A stretch of DNA of 60,908 bases, taken from contig CAJGDG010000003.1 of the NCBI GenBank assembly GCA_904502095.1, positions 1 through 60,908 of the forward strand. Reading direction: 5' to 3'. The stretch comes from an uncultured Alphaproteobacteria bacterium. Lineage in GTDB: Bacteria > Pseudomonadota > Alphaproteobacteria > Rs-D84. Within the stretch, counting starts at the first letter, position 1. The number at the start of each line of letters is the position of its first letter. Position numbers and translations under genes: made by a program. Under the pieces are notes generated by a model that saw nothing but the letters and a program-made list of their open reading frames with translations, was not told the origin of the DNA and ran no database searches. This document shows positions 33,578 to 43,689 of this stretch, piece by piece.

Positions 33578-34114
33578 TCATTTAAACGAAATCATCCTTC
33601 TGGAACCAGTTCTGCGAACACTGGATTCACGGGAAACTTCTTGGCTTTCTGTTTTGGTCAAACAAGACCACTTATCACCCTGCAAAACTGCAATTTTTCC
33701 ATCTTCGCAGTTGGGTTTTTCCAGGCGCCACGCAAAACAACTGCCCTTTTTAACAGATTCGTATGTTGCGTTATTGCCACCGCGTGTATACGCACCATAT
33801 TCGGGATTCCATTGACCCGGCACCTCGCCCGCGCACCATTTTCGTTCACCCCAACAAGTCACACAGTTCTTTTTTGCATCGCAAATTTCACTTGGGCCAC
33901 TGGTCGCACGATATCCGGAATTAGCCTTGTCCCCGCTGCCCATATAAGCGCCTGTTTCAAAATCCATACACCACAATTTCTGACATTCTGCGACAGGTAT
34001 TCCGTCAACCTTCTTTTGGCGCGGTTCAAACAGCACATAACCATCACCACATGCATGTGCGCCAGCATATGTCAAAACAGATAAAATTAATGCAAAATAA
34101 AATCTCTTTCCCAT
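33578..34114 (-). CDS. Secreted Cys-rich hypothetical protein
   Basis: Signal peptide MGKRFYFALILSVLTYAGAHA. The 178-aa ORF contains 12 Cys. Confidence 0.6.
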   Translation of the reverse strand: MGKRFYFALILSVLTYAGAHACGDGYVLFEPRQKKVDGIPVAECQKLWCMDFETGAYMGSGDKANSGYRATSGPSEICDAKKNCVTCWGERKWCAGEVPGQWNPEYGAYTRGGNNATYESVKKGSCFAWRLEKPNCEDGKIAVLQGDKWSCLTKTESQEVSRESSVRRTGSRRMISFK

Positions 34115-34167
34115 GCCGTTAATTATACCTTATTTTTAATGATTTGACAATACAAAAAATCCACAGA

Positions 34168-34596
34168 TTATTGTCCCAACCCCGCCGGACTGAAACGACC
34201 AATATTATTAAACAATTCTTCTATTGCGTTCAATTCGATTGCTGCAGGTATTTCCGTTTCACCTTCTGCAATTTTTATATCGGGCAAATCAGCATCATGC
34301 AAAACCTGGGTTTTTACAATACGATTGCCGCGCACCCACGCCAACAAAACGGTTTCGTCTGTAAAAGTCGGCGCCAATGGACCACGATAATTTTCATCCG
34401 CCCCAAAATAAATCCACACTTCGTCCCCATAAACAGTCTTGACCTGGGGCGTCCCAATTTCATCAATCAGCACCGAAGTCGTTTTAATGTTTGCAACCTT
34501 GTCTTCCAAATTTGACGGGAACACATACCCACGATGCTTTGTTTGAAAAGCACATGCAGACAGCACACAAACTGCCAACAACAATATTTTTTTCAT
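34168..34596 (-). CDS. bamE: Outer-membrane assembly lipoprotein BamE (SmpA/OmlA family)
   Basis: Lipobox LLAVCVLSAC followed by HRGYVF...L..I..G.T...V. The ATG overlaps the nifJ stop (TAATG). Confidence 0.7.
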   Translation of the reverse strand: MKKILLLAVCVLSACAFQTKHRGYVFPSNLEDKVANIKTTSVLIDEIGTPQVKTVYGDEVWIYFGADENYRGPLAPTFTDETVLLAWVRGNRIVKTQVLHDADLPDIKIAEGETEIPAAIELNAIEELFNNIGRFSPAGLGQ

Positions 34597-37500
34597 TATC
34601 CTTCTCCATCTTCTTTTATTTTCGGCTTGTTCATCATTGCGAATTGAGCAATATGTCGTTTTAATTCGCTGCGATAAGCATTATTAGCCTTGGCCGCATC
34701 AACCAGTTTATTAAATTGAGGATTCGCAGCACGCGCAGCACCAAATCTGGATTCTGTTTTCAAAAATTCTTCCAACGGCGCAGGCGTATCGACATTAGAA
34801 TCCATAGTCAGTGGATTATGACCTTCATCAATCAAGCGCGGATCGAATCGGAACAACGGCCACGCCCCTGTCTGAACCATTTGTGTCTGGTGTTCTGGAC
34901 CATTTTGTAATGCAAAACCGTGCGCAATACATGGCGCATACGCCAATATAATAGATGGGCCGTTAAATGATGCCGCTTCACGGAAAGCACGAATCGCCTG
35001 GGGCTGATTTGCACCCAACGCAATCTGTGCAACATATGCACCCGACATCATCGCAATCATACCCAAATCTTTCTTAGCGTGTTCTTTACCGCCAATTGCG
35101 AACTTCATACTGGCACCAAACGGTGTAGATTTAGATTGCTGGCCACCGGTATTAGAATAACCTTCGGTATCCAAGACCAAGATATTTACATTTTCGCCAC
35201 TATGTAAAATATGATCAACGCCACCATAACCAATATCATACGCCCAACCGTCACCACCGATAATCCACACAGATTTGCTGACAATTTCACCGACCAATGT
35301 TTCTGCCAAACGCGCCCGTTCACCATCAATTGATGCCAACTGTTCACGCAGTGCAGTTTCTATTTCGCGCTGCTTTTCGACATTTGTTTCGTCAAACAAT
35401 TGCTCTACATCACGAATTCCCAACTCGAACAACAAAGCCTTTAAATTTTCGCGCTTTTGGTTCAAGGCCAAACGCATCCCCAGACCATATTCAGCATTAT
35501 CTTCAAACAACGAATTAGACCATGCAGGCCCACGCCCTGCCCCATCCTTGGTCCATGGGGTTGTTGGCAAATTCGCCCCATAAATAGACGAACAACCCGT
35601 TGCATTTGCAACAATCATTCTGTCACCAAACAAGTGCGACAACATTCTGATATATGGTGTTTCACCACACCCCGCACACGCACCTGGGAATTCAAAATAA
35701 TGCGGCAAAAGTTCAATGTGTTTTGGTATGTTCAGGTTCAGCTTGCCGCGTTCAATATTTGGAATTTTTTCAGCAGCATCAAATGCAGCCTGTTCAGACG
35801 CCATCACATCGGATGATGGTACCATAGATATCGCCCCAACAGGACAATGCTTTGCACAGATATTGCACCCAGTACAATCAGCAGCAGATACATTAACAGT
35901 AAAATACATATCCGGTCCCAATTCTGGCGTTTTCATTGGCACAACTGTCACGCCATTTTCACGCGCCTGTGCCGCTTGTTCTGCTGTCATTGCCTTGATA
36001 CGAATAACGGCATGCGGGCACAACATAGCGCACTTTCCACATTGTAAACACTTATTTATATCGATACTGGCCACAGTATTAGAAATAGCCCGCTTTTCAT
36101 ATTTAGATGTTCCAACAGGATATTGCCCACCACCAAATTCGCCATCAACACGGAATCTGGACACAGGAATCGAATCCCCACGCTGTGCCGCAATTTCACC
36201 CAATGTCCCTGCGATTTCCACAGGCGCATCAGCCGTCATTGCAGGAATAAAATCAGGCGCCAAATCAGATATCGAAGACGGCAATTTATAATGTGTCAGG
36301 AATTCTGCAGCCCTGTCCACAGCAGCCCAGTTTGCTTCAACAACATCCATACCTTTTTTCTTGTATGTCTTTTCAATTGCGGCCTTGGCGCTGTTGGCCG
36401 CTAATTCTGGGTTAATAACCTGGGTTAAATTAAAGAAATTCAACATAATAAATGTGTTGATACGATTGCCCAAGCCTAACTCTGCTGCACCGCGGTTTGC
36501 ATCCAAGAAATATACATTTGCACGCATACGAATTAAATGTTCCTGGGTATCGCGCGGTAAATTTGCAAACGCAACATCCGGTGCCACAGATGTATTAATC
36601 ATCACAGTACCACCTGCACGCAACCCACGGAACACATCAAATCTTTGTGCAATCATAAAGTTCGAAACACTGATAAAGTCAGCAACTTCGACCAAATATT
36701 GACTTTTAATTGGCGCGTCAGAAAAACGAATATGTGACGCAGTCAATCCCCCAGACTTTTTAGAATCATAAACAGCATATGACTGAGGATACAAATCGGA
36801 ATTTTCGCCGACAATCTTTACAATATTTTTAACCGCCCCAACTGTACCGTCACTGCCAATACCGTATAATACAGCCGTTTTAAAATTAGGATCTTCGACA
36901 GAAAACGCCATATCGGTTTTCAACGACAAACCACTTAAATCATCATCAATCCCGACCGTAAAATTATGGTGCATCGTTCCACGCATCAGATTTTCATACA
37001 CAGCCTTGACATCACGTGGTTTGAATTCCTTGGAACCCAATCCGTACCGACCACCATAAACTTCTATATCACCTCTAACAATTGATTTTACATCTTGATA
37101 TAATGGCTCACCAATACTGCCTGGTTCTTTTGTTCTGTCCAATACCGCAATGCGTTTAACAGTCTGCGGCAACGCGTCCCTGAACGCATCGACCGGGAAC
37201 GGGCGATACAAATGCACTTTCAGCAAACCCAGTCCAGATGGTAAATGCGGCAAAGTTTCTTCAATTGTGTCAACAGCACTGCCCATTGCCACAATAACAT
37301 TTTCTGCATTTTTATCACCAACATATTCAATCAGGCCATATTTTCGTCCAGTTAAATCTGCAAATTCATCCATACAACTCTGAACAATTTGTGGCACATT
37401 TTCGTACAACGGATTTGCCGCTTCACGCCCTTGGAAATAAACATCAGGGTTTTGTGCAGTACCACGAATTGTCGGTTTATCGGGGGTCATACCACGGGCA

Positions 37501-38105
37501 CGATTTTCACGCACCAACGCATCTGGGATCAGACTTTTTAATACATCATCTGGTATTCTGACTAATCTGGATTCTTCGTGACTGGTACGGAACCCATCAA
37601 AGAAATGCAAGAACGGAACACGGCTGCGAATAGTTGCCGCATGTGCAATTGCCGCCATATCATGCGCCTGTTGCACATTGTGCGAAGACAGCATTGCAAA
37701 ACCTGTTGAACGCACAGACATAACATCACTGTGGTCTCCAAAAATAGACAACGCATGCGTTGCCAATGCGCGCGCTGCAACATGCATAACGAACGGTGTT
37801 TGTTCACCTGCTATCTTATACATATTTGGAATCATCAATAACAATCCCTGAGATGCAGTAAAAGTTGTCGCCAAACTGCCCATCTGCAACGCGCCATGCA
37901 TTGCGCCTGCGGCACCCGCCTCGGATTGCATTTCAATTATTTGCGGTATTGCGCCCCAAATATTCTTTTTATGCTGGAACGACCATTCATCAGCTAATTC
38001 ACCCATTGTACTGCTGGGGGTAATTGGATAAATCGCAGCAAAATCAACACATCTGTACGCGACATCCGCCGCAGCCCAGTTTCCATCAACAATTAATTTA
38101 GACAT
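34596..38105 (-). CDS. nifJ: Pyruvate:ferredoxin (flavodoxin) oxidoreductase
   Basis: 1169 aa. Two 4Fe-4S motifs (CLQCGKCAMLCPH and CTGCNICAKHCPV), the TPP-binding motif GGDGWAYDIGYGG, and an N-terminus that reads like known PFORs. Confidence 0.95.
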   Translation of the reverse strand: MSKLIVDGNWAAADVAYRCVDFAAIYPITPSSTMGELADEWSFQHKKNIWGAIPQIIEMQSEAGAAGAMHGALQMGSLATTFTASQGLLLMIPNMYKIAGEQTPFVMHVAARALATHALSIFGDHSDVMSVRSTGFAMLSSHNVQQAHDMAAIAHAATIRSRVPFLHFFDGFRTSHEESRLVRIPDDVLKSLIPDALVRENRARGMTPDKPTIRGTAQNPDVYFQGREAANPLYENVPQIVQSCMDEFADLTGRKYGLIEYVGDKNAENVIVAMGSAVDTIEETLPHLPSGLGLLKVHLYRPFPVDAFRDALPQTVKRIAVLDRTKEPGSIGEPLYQDVKSIVRGDIEVYGGRYGLGSKEFKPRDVKAVYENLMRGTMHHNFTVGIDDDLSGLSLKTDMAFSVEDPNFKTAVLYGIGSDGTVGAVKNIVKIVGENSDLYPQSYAVYDSKKSGGLTASHIRFSDAPIKSQYLVEVADFISVSNFMIAQRFDVFRGLRAGGTVMINTSVAPDVAFANLPRDTQEHLIRMRANVYFLDANRGAAELGLGNRINTFIMLNFFNLTQVINPELAANSAKAAIEKTYKKKGMDVVEANWAAVDRAAEFLTHYKLPSSISDLAPDFIPAMTADAPVEIAGTLGEIAAQRGDSIPVSRFRVDGEFGGGQYPVGTSKYEKRAISNTVASIDINKCLQCGKCAMLCPHAVIRIKAMTAEQAAQARENGVTVVPMKTPELGPDMYFTVNVSAADCTGCNICAKHCPVGAISMVPSSDVMASEQAAFDAAEKIPNIERGKLNLNIPKHIELLPHYFEFPGACAGCGETPYIRMLSHLFGDRMIVANATGCSSIYGANLPTTPWTKDGAGRGPAWSNSLFEDNAEYGLGMRLALNQKRENLKALLFELGIRDVEQLFDETNVEKQREIETALREQLASIDGERARLAETLVGEIVSKSVWIIGGDGWAYDIGYGGVDHILHSGENVNILVLDTEGYSNTGGQQSKSTPFGASMKFAIGGKEHAKKDLGMIAMMSGAYVAQIALGANQPQAIRAFREAASFNGPSIILAYAPCIAHGFALQNGPEHQTQMVQTGAWPLFRFDPRLIDEGHNPLTMDSNVDTPAPLEEFLKTESRFGAARAANPQFNKLVDAAKANNAYRSELKRHIAQFAMMNKPKIKEDGEG

Positions 38106-38235
38106 ATTCTTTTTTCCCTATATTAATTTATCGCATAAATAATACTCCTAAATCCCATCCAAGGCAAGATTTATAAATCATTTTTTATATTGACAAATTA
38201 AACAATTCGTATACGATACAAAAAAAGAGGAAATC

Positions 38236-38874
38236 ATGGCGAACAACAATACATCAAATTATATTTCCGCAAACAAGGTTTTTATCTTAGACAAATTTTA
38301 TCCCGAAAAAACCAATGAAATGATTGGCGATTTAGCCGATATGGTTATGAAATTACCAGTTCAAACAAAATACACACAAAGCAACACATTGGTATCGCCA
38401 TACGACACATACGAACTTAAAAACCCCATCATAGATGTATACATTAATTCATCCGGCGGCGAACTGAATATTTTAAATTCAATTGCCGCATTGCTGAGCA
38501 CCGCAAAAAATCGTGGTGCAATTATTCGCACAACTGTTTTGTCCCGCGCATACAGCTGTGGCAGTTTGTTAGCCATCCAGGGCACACCGGGTTATCGCAT
38601 TATGTACGACAACGCGCAACATTTAGTTCATTTTGGCGCAATTGGGTTAACTGCAACAAAAGAATCTGAAATAGAAATAATAAAAAAAAGAATGGAAAAT
38701 TTTTCCGAAACAGTAAAAAAAACATATCGTGAAAATACGAATTTAACAGAAAAAGACCTGAAAAAATTAATGAGCAACGAACAGGGCTATCTAAGCGCAG
38801 ACCAATGCCTGGCGAAAAACCTGTGCGATTGGGTCATTGATTCAAACGGAAACTTTCGTGGTCACACGCGATAA
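38236..38874 (+). CDS. Divergent ClpP-like (S14 family) protein 1
   Basis: YINSSGGE, AYSCGSLLAIQG (Ser at the ClpP nucleophile position) and HLVHFG (His at the ClpP position). The canonical Asp position reads Gln in my hand alignment. Confidence 0.65.
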   Translation: MANNNTSNYISANKVFILDKFYPEKTNEMIGDLADMVMKLPVQTKYTQSNTLVSPYDTYELKNPIIDVYINSSGGELNILNSIAALLSTAKNRGAIIRTTVLSRAYSCGSLLAIQGTPGYRIMYDNAQHLVHFGAIGLTATKESEIEIIKKRMENFSETVKKTYRENTNLTEKDLKKLMSNEQGYLSADQCLAKNLCDWVIDSNGNFRGHTR

Positions 38875-38972
38875 AAAAAGGGCAGCATGCCCTTTTTTAT
38901 ATTGACAAAGCCCAAAATCTGTGCACAAATTTATTTATTAATAAAAACCCATCAAAACCAAGGGATGCAAAA

Positions 38973-39644
38973 ATGGCACGAAGCAACGCAATTAACTCTT
39001 CACAGGCTATGAATTATATTATCGGCAATCAAGTCTATATCTTGGGCGATTTCGAAGACGAAGAAATGAATGAAATGATTGGCGAATTAGGCAATTTAGT
39101 GCTAAAATTACCACAGATGCCAAAATATAACGCCAGCATAAAAATAGAATCTCCATACAGCATCGATGACTCACAGCGTCCTGTAATTGACTTTTTCATC
39201 GATTCTTGTGGTGGCTATGTACACTTGCTGAACGACATTTCAACACTTATCAATTTGGCAAAATACAAAGGTGCAATTATTCGCACAACCGTTTTATCCA
39301 GCGCATACAGCTGTGGCAGCTTGCTGGCCATCCAGGGCACACCGGGTTATCGCATTATGGCACACGATGCACAACATTTGGTGCACTTTGGGACAAATGT
39401 TGTCCAGGTGACCACCGAAAACGAAATTCCTGAACGCACACGTCATATGCGCGAAGGCAAACGCACAATGTTATCAAAATACAAAACGCACACGAAAATC
39501 AGCGACGAAGAATTAAACAAATACAAAAATTGCGAAACAGGATATATCAACGCAAAAAGATGTTTGCGTTTGGAATTTTGTGATTGGATTATCGGTGAAA
39601 ACGGCGAATTGATCGGTCGTAAAAACAAGGGTCGCACAAAATAA
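38973..39644 (+). CDS. Divergent ClpP-like (S14 family) protein 2
   Basis: FIDSCGGY, AYSCGSLLAIQG and HLVHFG. It is a tandem paralog of 38236-38874, and both share the upstream 17-mer TTTTTTATATTGACAAA. Confidence 0.65.
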   Translation: MARSNAINSSQAMNYIIGNQVYILGDFEDEEMNEMIGELGNLVLKLPQMPKYNASIKIESPYSIDDSQRPVIDFFIDSCGGYVHLLNDISTLINLAKYKGAIIRTTVLSSAYSCGSLLAIQGTPGYRIMAHDAQHLVHFGTNVVQVTTENEIPERTRHMREGKRTMLSKYKTHTKISDEELNKYKNCETGYINAKRCLRLEFCDWIIGENGELIGRKNKGRTK

Positions 39645-39667
39645 AAAAATGGGGCATTGCCCCATTT

Positions 39668-41086
39668 TTATTTCTTTTGTTCCTTTTTTTCTGTCTTTTC
39701 AGATTTTTTTACATCATCTGTTTTTTTATCATCGGAAGTTTTTGCATCTTTCTTTGCCTGCAATTTTTCCATTGCGATTACCATATCCATCGCGCGTTGC
39801 AATTGATAATCCAACGCATCTTTTTCTTCGTCTGTCAGTTCTTTTTCTTTATCGTCATCGTCCTCTTTCTTATCAGACTTTTTCTTGGACTGTTCGTTTT
39901 TCAACGAATTTTTAAACGACGCTTCGGAATACATGCTTTCCTTTTTTTCCAACACTTCTATCTTGCTTTGCAAAACTTCTACATCAGGTGTAATACCTTC
40001 GTTCTGAATAGATTTACCCGATGGCGTATAATAACGCGCAATTGTAATATGAATGGCGGTACCATCACCCAGCGGCTTTTGCTGTTGCACGCTGCCCTTG
40101 CCGAATGATTGCGACCCCATAACCAATCCGCGACCATTATCCTGTAAAGCGCCGGCAACGATTTCAGACGCAGATGCCGACCCATGGTTAATCAACACGA
40201 CAACAGGTTTGCCATTTGCTAAATCACCAGGTTTCGCATGCACGCGTTCGATATCCGTTTCACGCTTTCCGCGCGTTGAAACAATTTCGCCGCTGTCCAA
40301 AAACGCATCAGACACATCAATCGCAGCAGTTAAATACCCACCCGGATTATTGCGCACATCCAAAACATATCCGCGTACTTTTTTCTTTTCCAGACTTTCC
40401 AGCGCTTCTTTCAAATCGCGAGCTGTTGTTGCACCAAAATCAGAAATTCTGACATAGCCAATCTTTGGCGTATCTTTATCATCTGGATCAGCGTTTGCCA
40501 TTGTTTTTTCTTCGAATTTAACAGATTTTACCTTGATAATATCGCGTTTCAGGGTTAAATTTTTTGTTTCCCCGTCTTCGGACACGATTGTCAATTTTAC
40601 CTTGGTTCCAGGGCGTCCCTTCATTTTTTTCACAGCCTGATTTAATGTCAAATCAAACACCTGTTCCCCATCGATATGTGTAATGTAATCCCCTGCTTTG
40701 ATGCCAGCCTTGTCCGCAGGCGTATCATCGATTGGTGAAATAACACGAACAGCGCCCTTGTCGCTGGTAATTTGAATTCCCAAACCACCAAATTCACCAT
40801 GTGACTTGTCACTGAATTCTTTGAAATCGTCCTGGGACAAATAAGAAGAATGCGGGTCCAATGCACCCAACATACCGTTCATGGCCGCTTCCAGCATCTT
40901 TTTTTCATCAGCTTCTTCAACAAAGTTTTCACGAGCAACTTCAAAAACCAGCGCCAATTTCTTTAATTCATTATAAATCTGTTCATCGGTCAGATGTACA
41001 ATCGGCTCTTCCTTTTTCTTTTTTGTAGCCGCATCTGCAATAAATGGTGTAAACAATGCAATCAACAACAGCAAATTCTTTAACAT
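39668..41086 (-). CDS. ctpA: Carboxy-terminal processing protease (S41) with a Lys/Asp/Glu-rich tail
   Basis: PDZ region GIKAGDYITHIDG and catalytic-Ser region NHGSASASEIVAGALQD. Confidence 0.9.
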   Translation of the reverse strand: MLKNLLLLIALFTPFIADAATKKKKEEPIVHLTDEQIYNELKKLALVFEVARENFVEEADEKKMLEAAMNGMLGALDPHSSYLSQDDFKEFSDKSHGEFGGLGIQITSDKGAVRVISPIDDTPADKAGIKAGDYITHIDGEQVFDLTLNQAVKKMKGRPGTKVKLTIVSEDGETKNLTLKRDIIKVKSVKFEEKTMANADPDDKDTPKIGYVRISDFGATTARDLKEALESLEKKKVRGYVLDVRNNPGGYLTAAIDVSDAFLDSGEIVSTRGKRETDIERVHAKPGDLANGKPVVVLINHGSASASEIVAGALQDNGRGLVMGSQSFGKGSVQQQKPLGDGTAIHITIARYYTPSGKSIQNEGITPDVEVLQSKIEVLEKKESMYSEASFKNSLKNEQSKKKSDKKEDDDDKEKELTDEEKDALDYQLQRAMDMVIAMEKLQAKKDAKTSDDKKTDDVKKSEKTEKKEQKK

Positions 41087-41170
41087 ATTCCTATTCCTTT
41101 CTTTTAAACAACATCAGCATAAAACAAATTCCCAAACCGTTCAACACGAATTTTATAAACACTCAAACAC

Positions 41171-41198
41171 TTGACAAATTAATTTTATGTATTAATAT
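41171..41198 (+). promoter_or_regulatory. Sigma70-like promoter of the Doc-like gene
   Basis: TTGACA (41171-41176), a 16-nt spacer, then TAATAT (41193-41198). The ATG lies only 10 nt after the -10 box and there is no SD, so the mRNA would be near-leaderless. Confidence 0.5.
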
Positions 41199-41208
41199 AT
41201 AATATACA

Positions 41209-41925
41209 ATGACAAAGAAACAGATATATAACATTAAGCAAGACATTGAAGAAAAGCGCAAAACCATCAATGCGCTGCTGAATGAACACGCAAAACATTT
41301 GAACGATATTGCGTGGATAAAAAGCGCATTTATCAAAGAATCACTTATTTTAAATCAATGCAGCGACAAAGAAATCAGATTTGATACCTGCAGCGATTTT
41401 ATCCAAAACATCAGCGGTACATGGGATACAATTGTCCAACAAACAAATAAACAGAATTTAAACCTTACCGATGTTATGGATGTACATTATAACCTGACAA
41501 AAAACACAGATGTAGTTCCATGCGGTATGCGCACAAAAATGGTGTGCGCCCTGTCTAAAACGATACCGGCGCACGCAACCCCAGAAATCACACGCCAACA
41601 TTTGGACGATATTATGTATCGTATGAACAGCAGCAAACAGCAATATTTGCAACGCGCATTTGATGTACATTATGAAATAATCATACTGCAACCCTTCAAC
41701 GACTTTAACAAACGCACTGCTCGTATGATTATGAACTGGTTTTTAATCACCAAAGGTTATCGCCCTATTGTATTTAATTATGCACCCGACAATCAAGAAT
41801 ACATGGCGGCATTGCGCGATGCCGCAAACGGCAACAAAAAATCATATTATGGTTATATGTACAAATGTATGTTGCGTACCCAACAAGACATAATCAAACT
41901 GTTAACAAAATCAAAGACAATATAA
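41209..41925 (+). CDS. Fic-domain protein of the Doc subtype with a His-to-Gln change in the core motif
   Basis: QPFNDFNKRTAR compared with P1 Doc HIFNDANKRTAL (motif HxFx[D/N][A/G]NKR). Confidence 0.65.
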   Translation: MTKKQIYNIKQDIEEKRKTINALLNEHAKHLNDIAWIKSAFIKESLILNQCSDKEIRFDTCSDFIQNISGTWDTIVQQTNKQNLNLTDVMDVHYNLTKNTDVVPCGMRTKMVCALSKTIPAHATPEITRQHLDDIMYRMNSSKQQYLQRAFDVHYEIIILQPFNDFNKRTARMIMNWFLITKGYRPIVFNYAPDNQEYMAALRDAANGNKKSYYGYMYKCMLRTQQDIIKLLTKSKTI

Positions 41926-41932
41926 AGAAAAA

Positions 41933-42856
41933 ATGACAAAACAGCTAAAAAATCTTATTCATGGTCGCGAAACATATATCGCTGATTTTGGGCAAAATTT
42001 TGTCATGAAGCGTCCATTGCCTACTTTTGGACCAGACGCCTGTCAAGCCTGGCTAAAAAAACAATACAATACAAAACAAGCAATTGATGAAATATACAAC
42101 ATAGGCAATCCGCGCTATAACATTCCACGCATGTTGTTCATCAAAGACGACGAATTTCAATTACTGGAAGAACGTGCCCCAGGCCAACATTTGACAGCTG
42201 ATTTTTACAAAACATTACTGCCACGCCAAAAATATGAAATAATCGATGGCATTGCAGCATTTTTGGTCGACATGAACGAATTAAAACCAGTCGAAGACAT
42301 CAACAACCATCAAATTTCTTTAGAATTAAAATTTAAACGACTGACAGATTTTATCGACAACAAAATGCCTATTTGGTTTACCGATGACGAAATCAAATAC
42401 GCATCCAGTATATGCGACAATATATCTTCATTTGAATACGAAACACACTATGCATGGTCACATTGCGATTTAAATTCTGGGAATGTTTTGTACGATTCCG
42501 ACACGAACAAACTGTCGTTTATCGATTTTGCCGAAGCAAAATACAGCTTTATATACCGCGACATTTTTTCACCTCTGCAAATCGAACTGGGGATATACAA
42601 AAATGTGTATAACGCATATTACAAAATGCACAATAAACAGAAATATTCTATGCCCAGCCCATCAAATGAAATTTTACGCAACATAATGAAATACCGTCTT
42701 ATATTCGTTTTGCTGCGCCGCATTATCAAGGCCGCGGACGATATGCACGTAAACACAAAATCTGACAAAGGACGCGAAAACAACGCCAACAAAGCCAACT
42801 TTATACGAGAACAACTTGCCGCGATTAAAAATATCGAACGTCAATCCGCCAGATAA
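41933..42856 (+). CDS. Aminoglycoside-phosphotransferase-like (protein-kinase-fold) protein
   Basis: Catalytic loop HCDLNSGNVLY and metal-binding SFIDFAEA. It starts 8 nt after the Fic gene. Confidence 0.7.
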   Translation: MTKQLKNLIHGRETYIADFGQNFVMKRPLPTFGPDACQAWLKKQYNTKQAIDEIYNIGNPRYNIPRMLFIKDDEFQLLEERAPGQHLTADFYKTLLPRQKYEIIDGIAAFLVDMNELKPVEDINNHQISLELKFKRLTDFIDNKMPIWFTDDEIKYASSICDNISSFEYETHYAWSHCDLNSGNVLYDSDTNKLSFIDFAEAKYSFIYRDIFSPLQIELGIYKNVYNAYYKMHNKQKYSMPSPSNEILRNIMKYRLIFVLLRRIIKAADDMHVNTKSDKGRENNANKANFIREQLAAIKNIERQSAR

Positions 42857-42859
42857 ATT

Positions 42860-43576
42860 TTATTCCAAAACCTGATTCTGCAAATCAATTAACTGTTTGC
42901 ACCCCGCGTCCGCCAACATCATCAATTCCGACAGTTGCGTTGCATCAAACGGATGCTGTTCGCCAGTAGCCTGAATTTCGACAAATTTGCCCGAGCCCGC
43001 CACAACAAAATTAGCATCCATTTCTGCGACACAATCTTCTTCATAATCTAAATCCAGAATCAATTCATTTTTCCAAACCCCTGCCGACACCGCAGCAACA
43101 TTATCCAAGATAGGATTTGTATGTATACGACCCTGATTCATCAACCAGCGCACAGCCAAACTTAACGCGACAAAGGCGCCTGTGATACTGGCACATCTGG
43201 TTCCACCGTCTGCCTGAATAACATCACAGTCAATTGTTATTGTATGCTTTCCCAACGCTTCCATATCAACGACACTGCGCAGGGAACGACCAATTAAACG
43301 CGATATTTCTGCGCTGCGATTATCTTTTAAAATCGCCTCACGCCCCTTGCGAGTACCATTTGCGCGAGGCAACATTGCATATTCTGCGGTCACCCAACCG
43401 CCTGTTTTATTCTGCATCCGCTTCCAAACAGGCTGATTCAAGTCGACAGACGCATTACACAGCACATGCGTTCCGCCAACTTTTATCAGGCACGAGCCTT
43501 CGGCCCATTTGTTAACACCCGTTTCCAATGAAACTGGTCTTAATTGGCTATTTTTACGCAATGATGGTCGCAACAT
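42860..43576 (-). CDS. rph: Ribonuclease PH
   Basis: LRPVSLETGV, DCDVIQADGGTR and AVSAG motifs. Confidence 0.9.
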   Translation of the reverse strand: MLRPSLRKNSQLRPVSLETGVNKWAEGSCLIKVGGTHVLCNASVDLNQPVWKRMQNKTGGWVTAEYAMLPRANGTRKGREAILKDNRSAEISRLIGRSLRSVVDMEALGKHTITIDCDVIQADGGTRCASITGAFVALSLAVRWLMNQGRIHTNPILDNVAAVSAGVWKNELILDLDYEEDCVAEMDANFVVAGSGKFVEIQATGEQHPFDATQLSELMMLADAGCKQLIDLQNQVLE

Positions 43577-43689
43577 TTTAAATCCTTTCTTTTTTTATCA
43601 TTATATAAACAGATAAATCTTTTGCAATTTTTTTTAGGTTTGATTTTTGATATAATATTGTTATCCTAATCTGGCTTAAAAGGAATTAA

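Noticed and set aside
33542-34084. 180-aa plus-strand ORF opposite the Cys-rich secreted protein gene.
   Set aside because: The minus-strand ORF has a clear signal peptide and regular Cys spacing. The plus-strand product has none of these and no RBS.
38106-41208. The ClpP-like pair plus CtpA as a prophage remnant.
   Set aside because: There are no capsid, portal, terminase or integrase genes nearby. ctpA is a normal housekeeping protease on the opposite strand.
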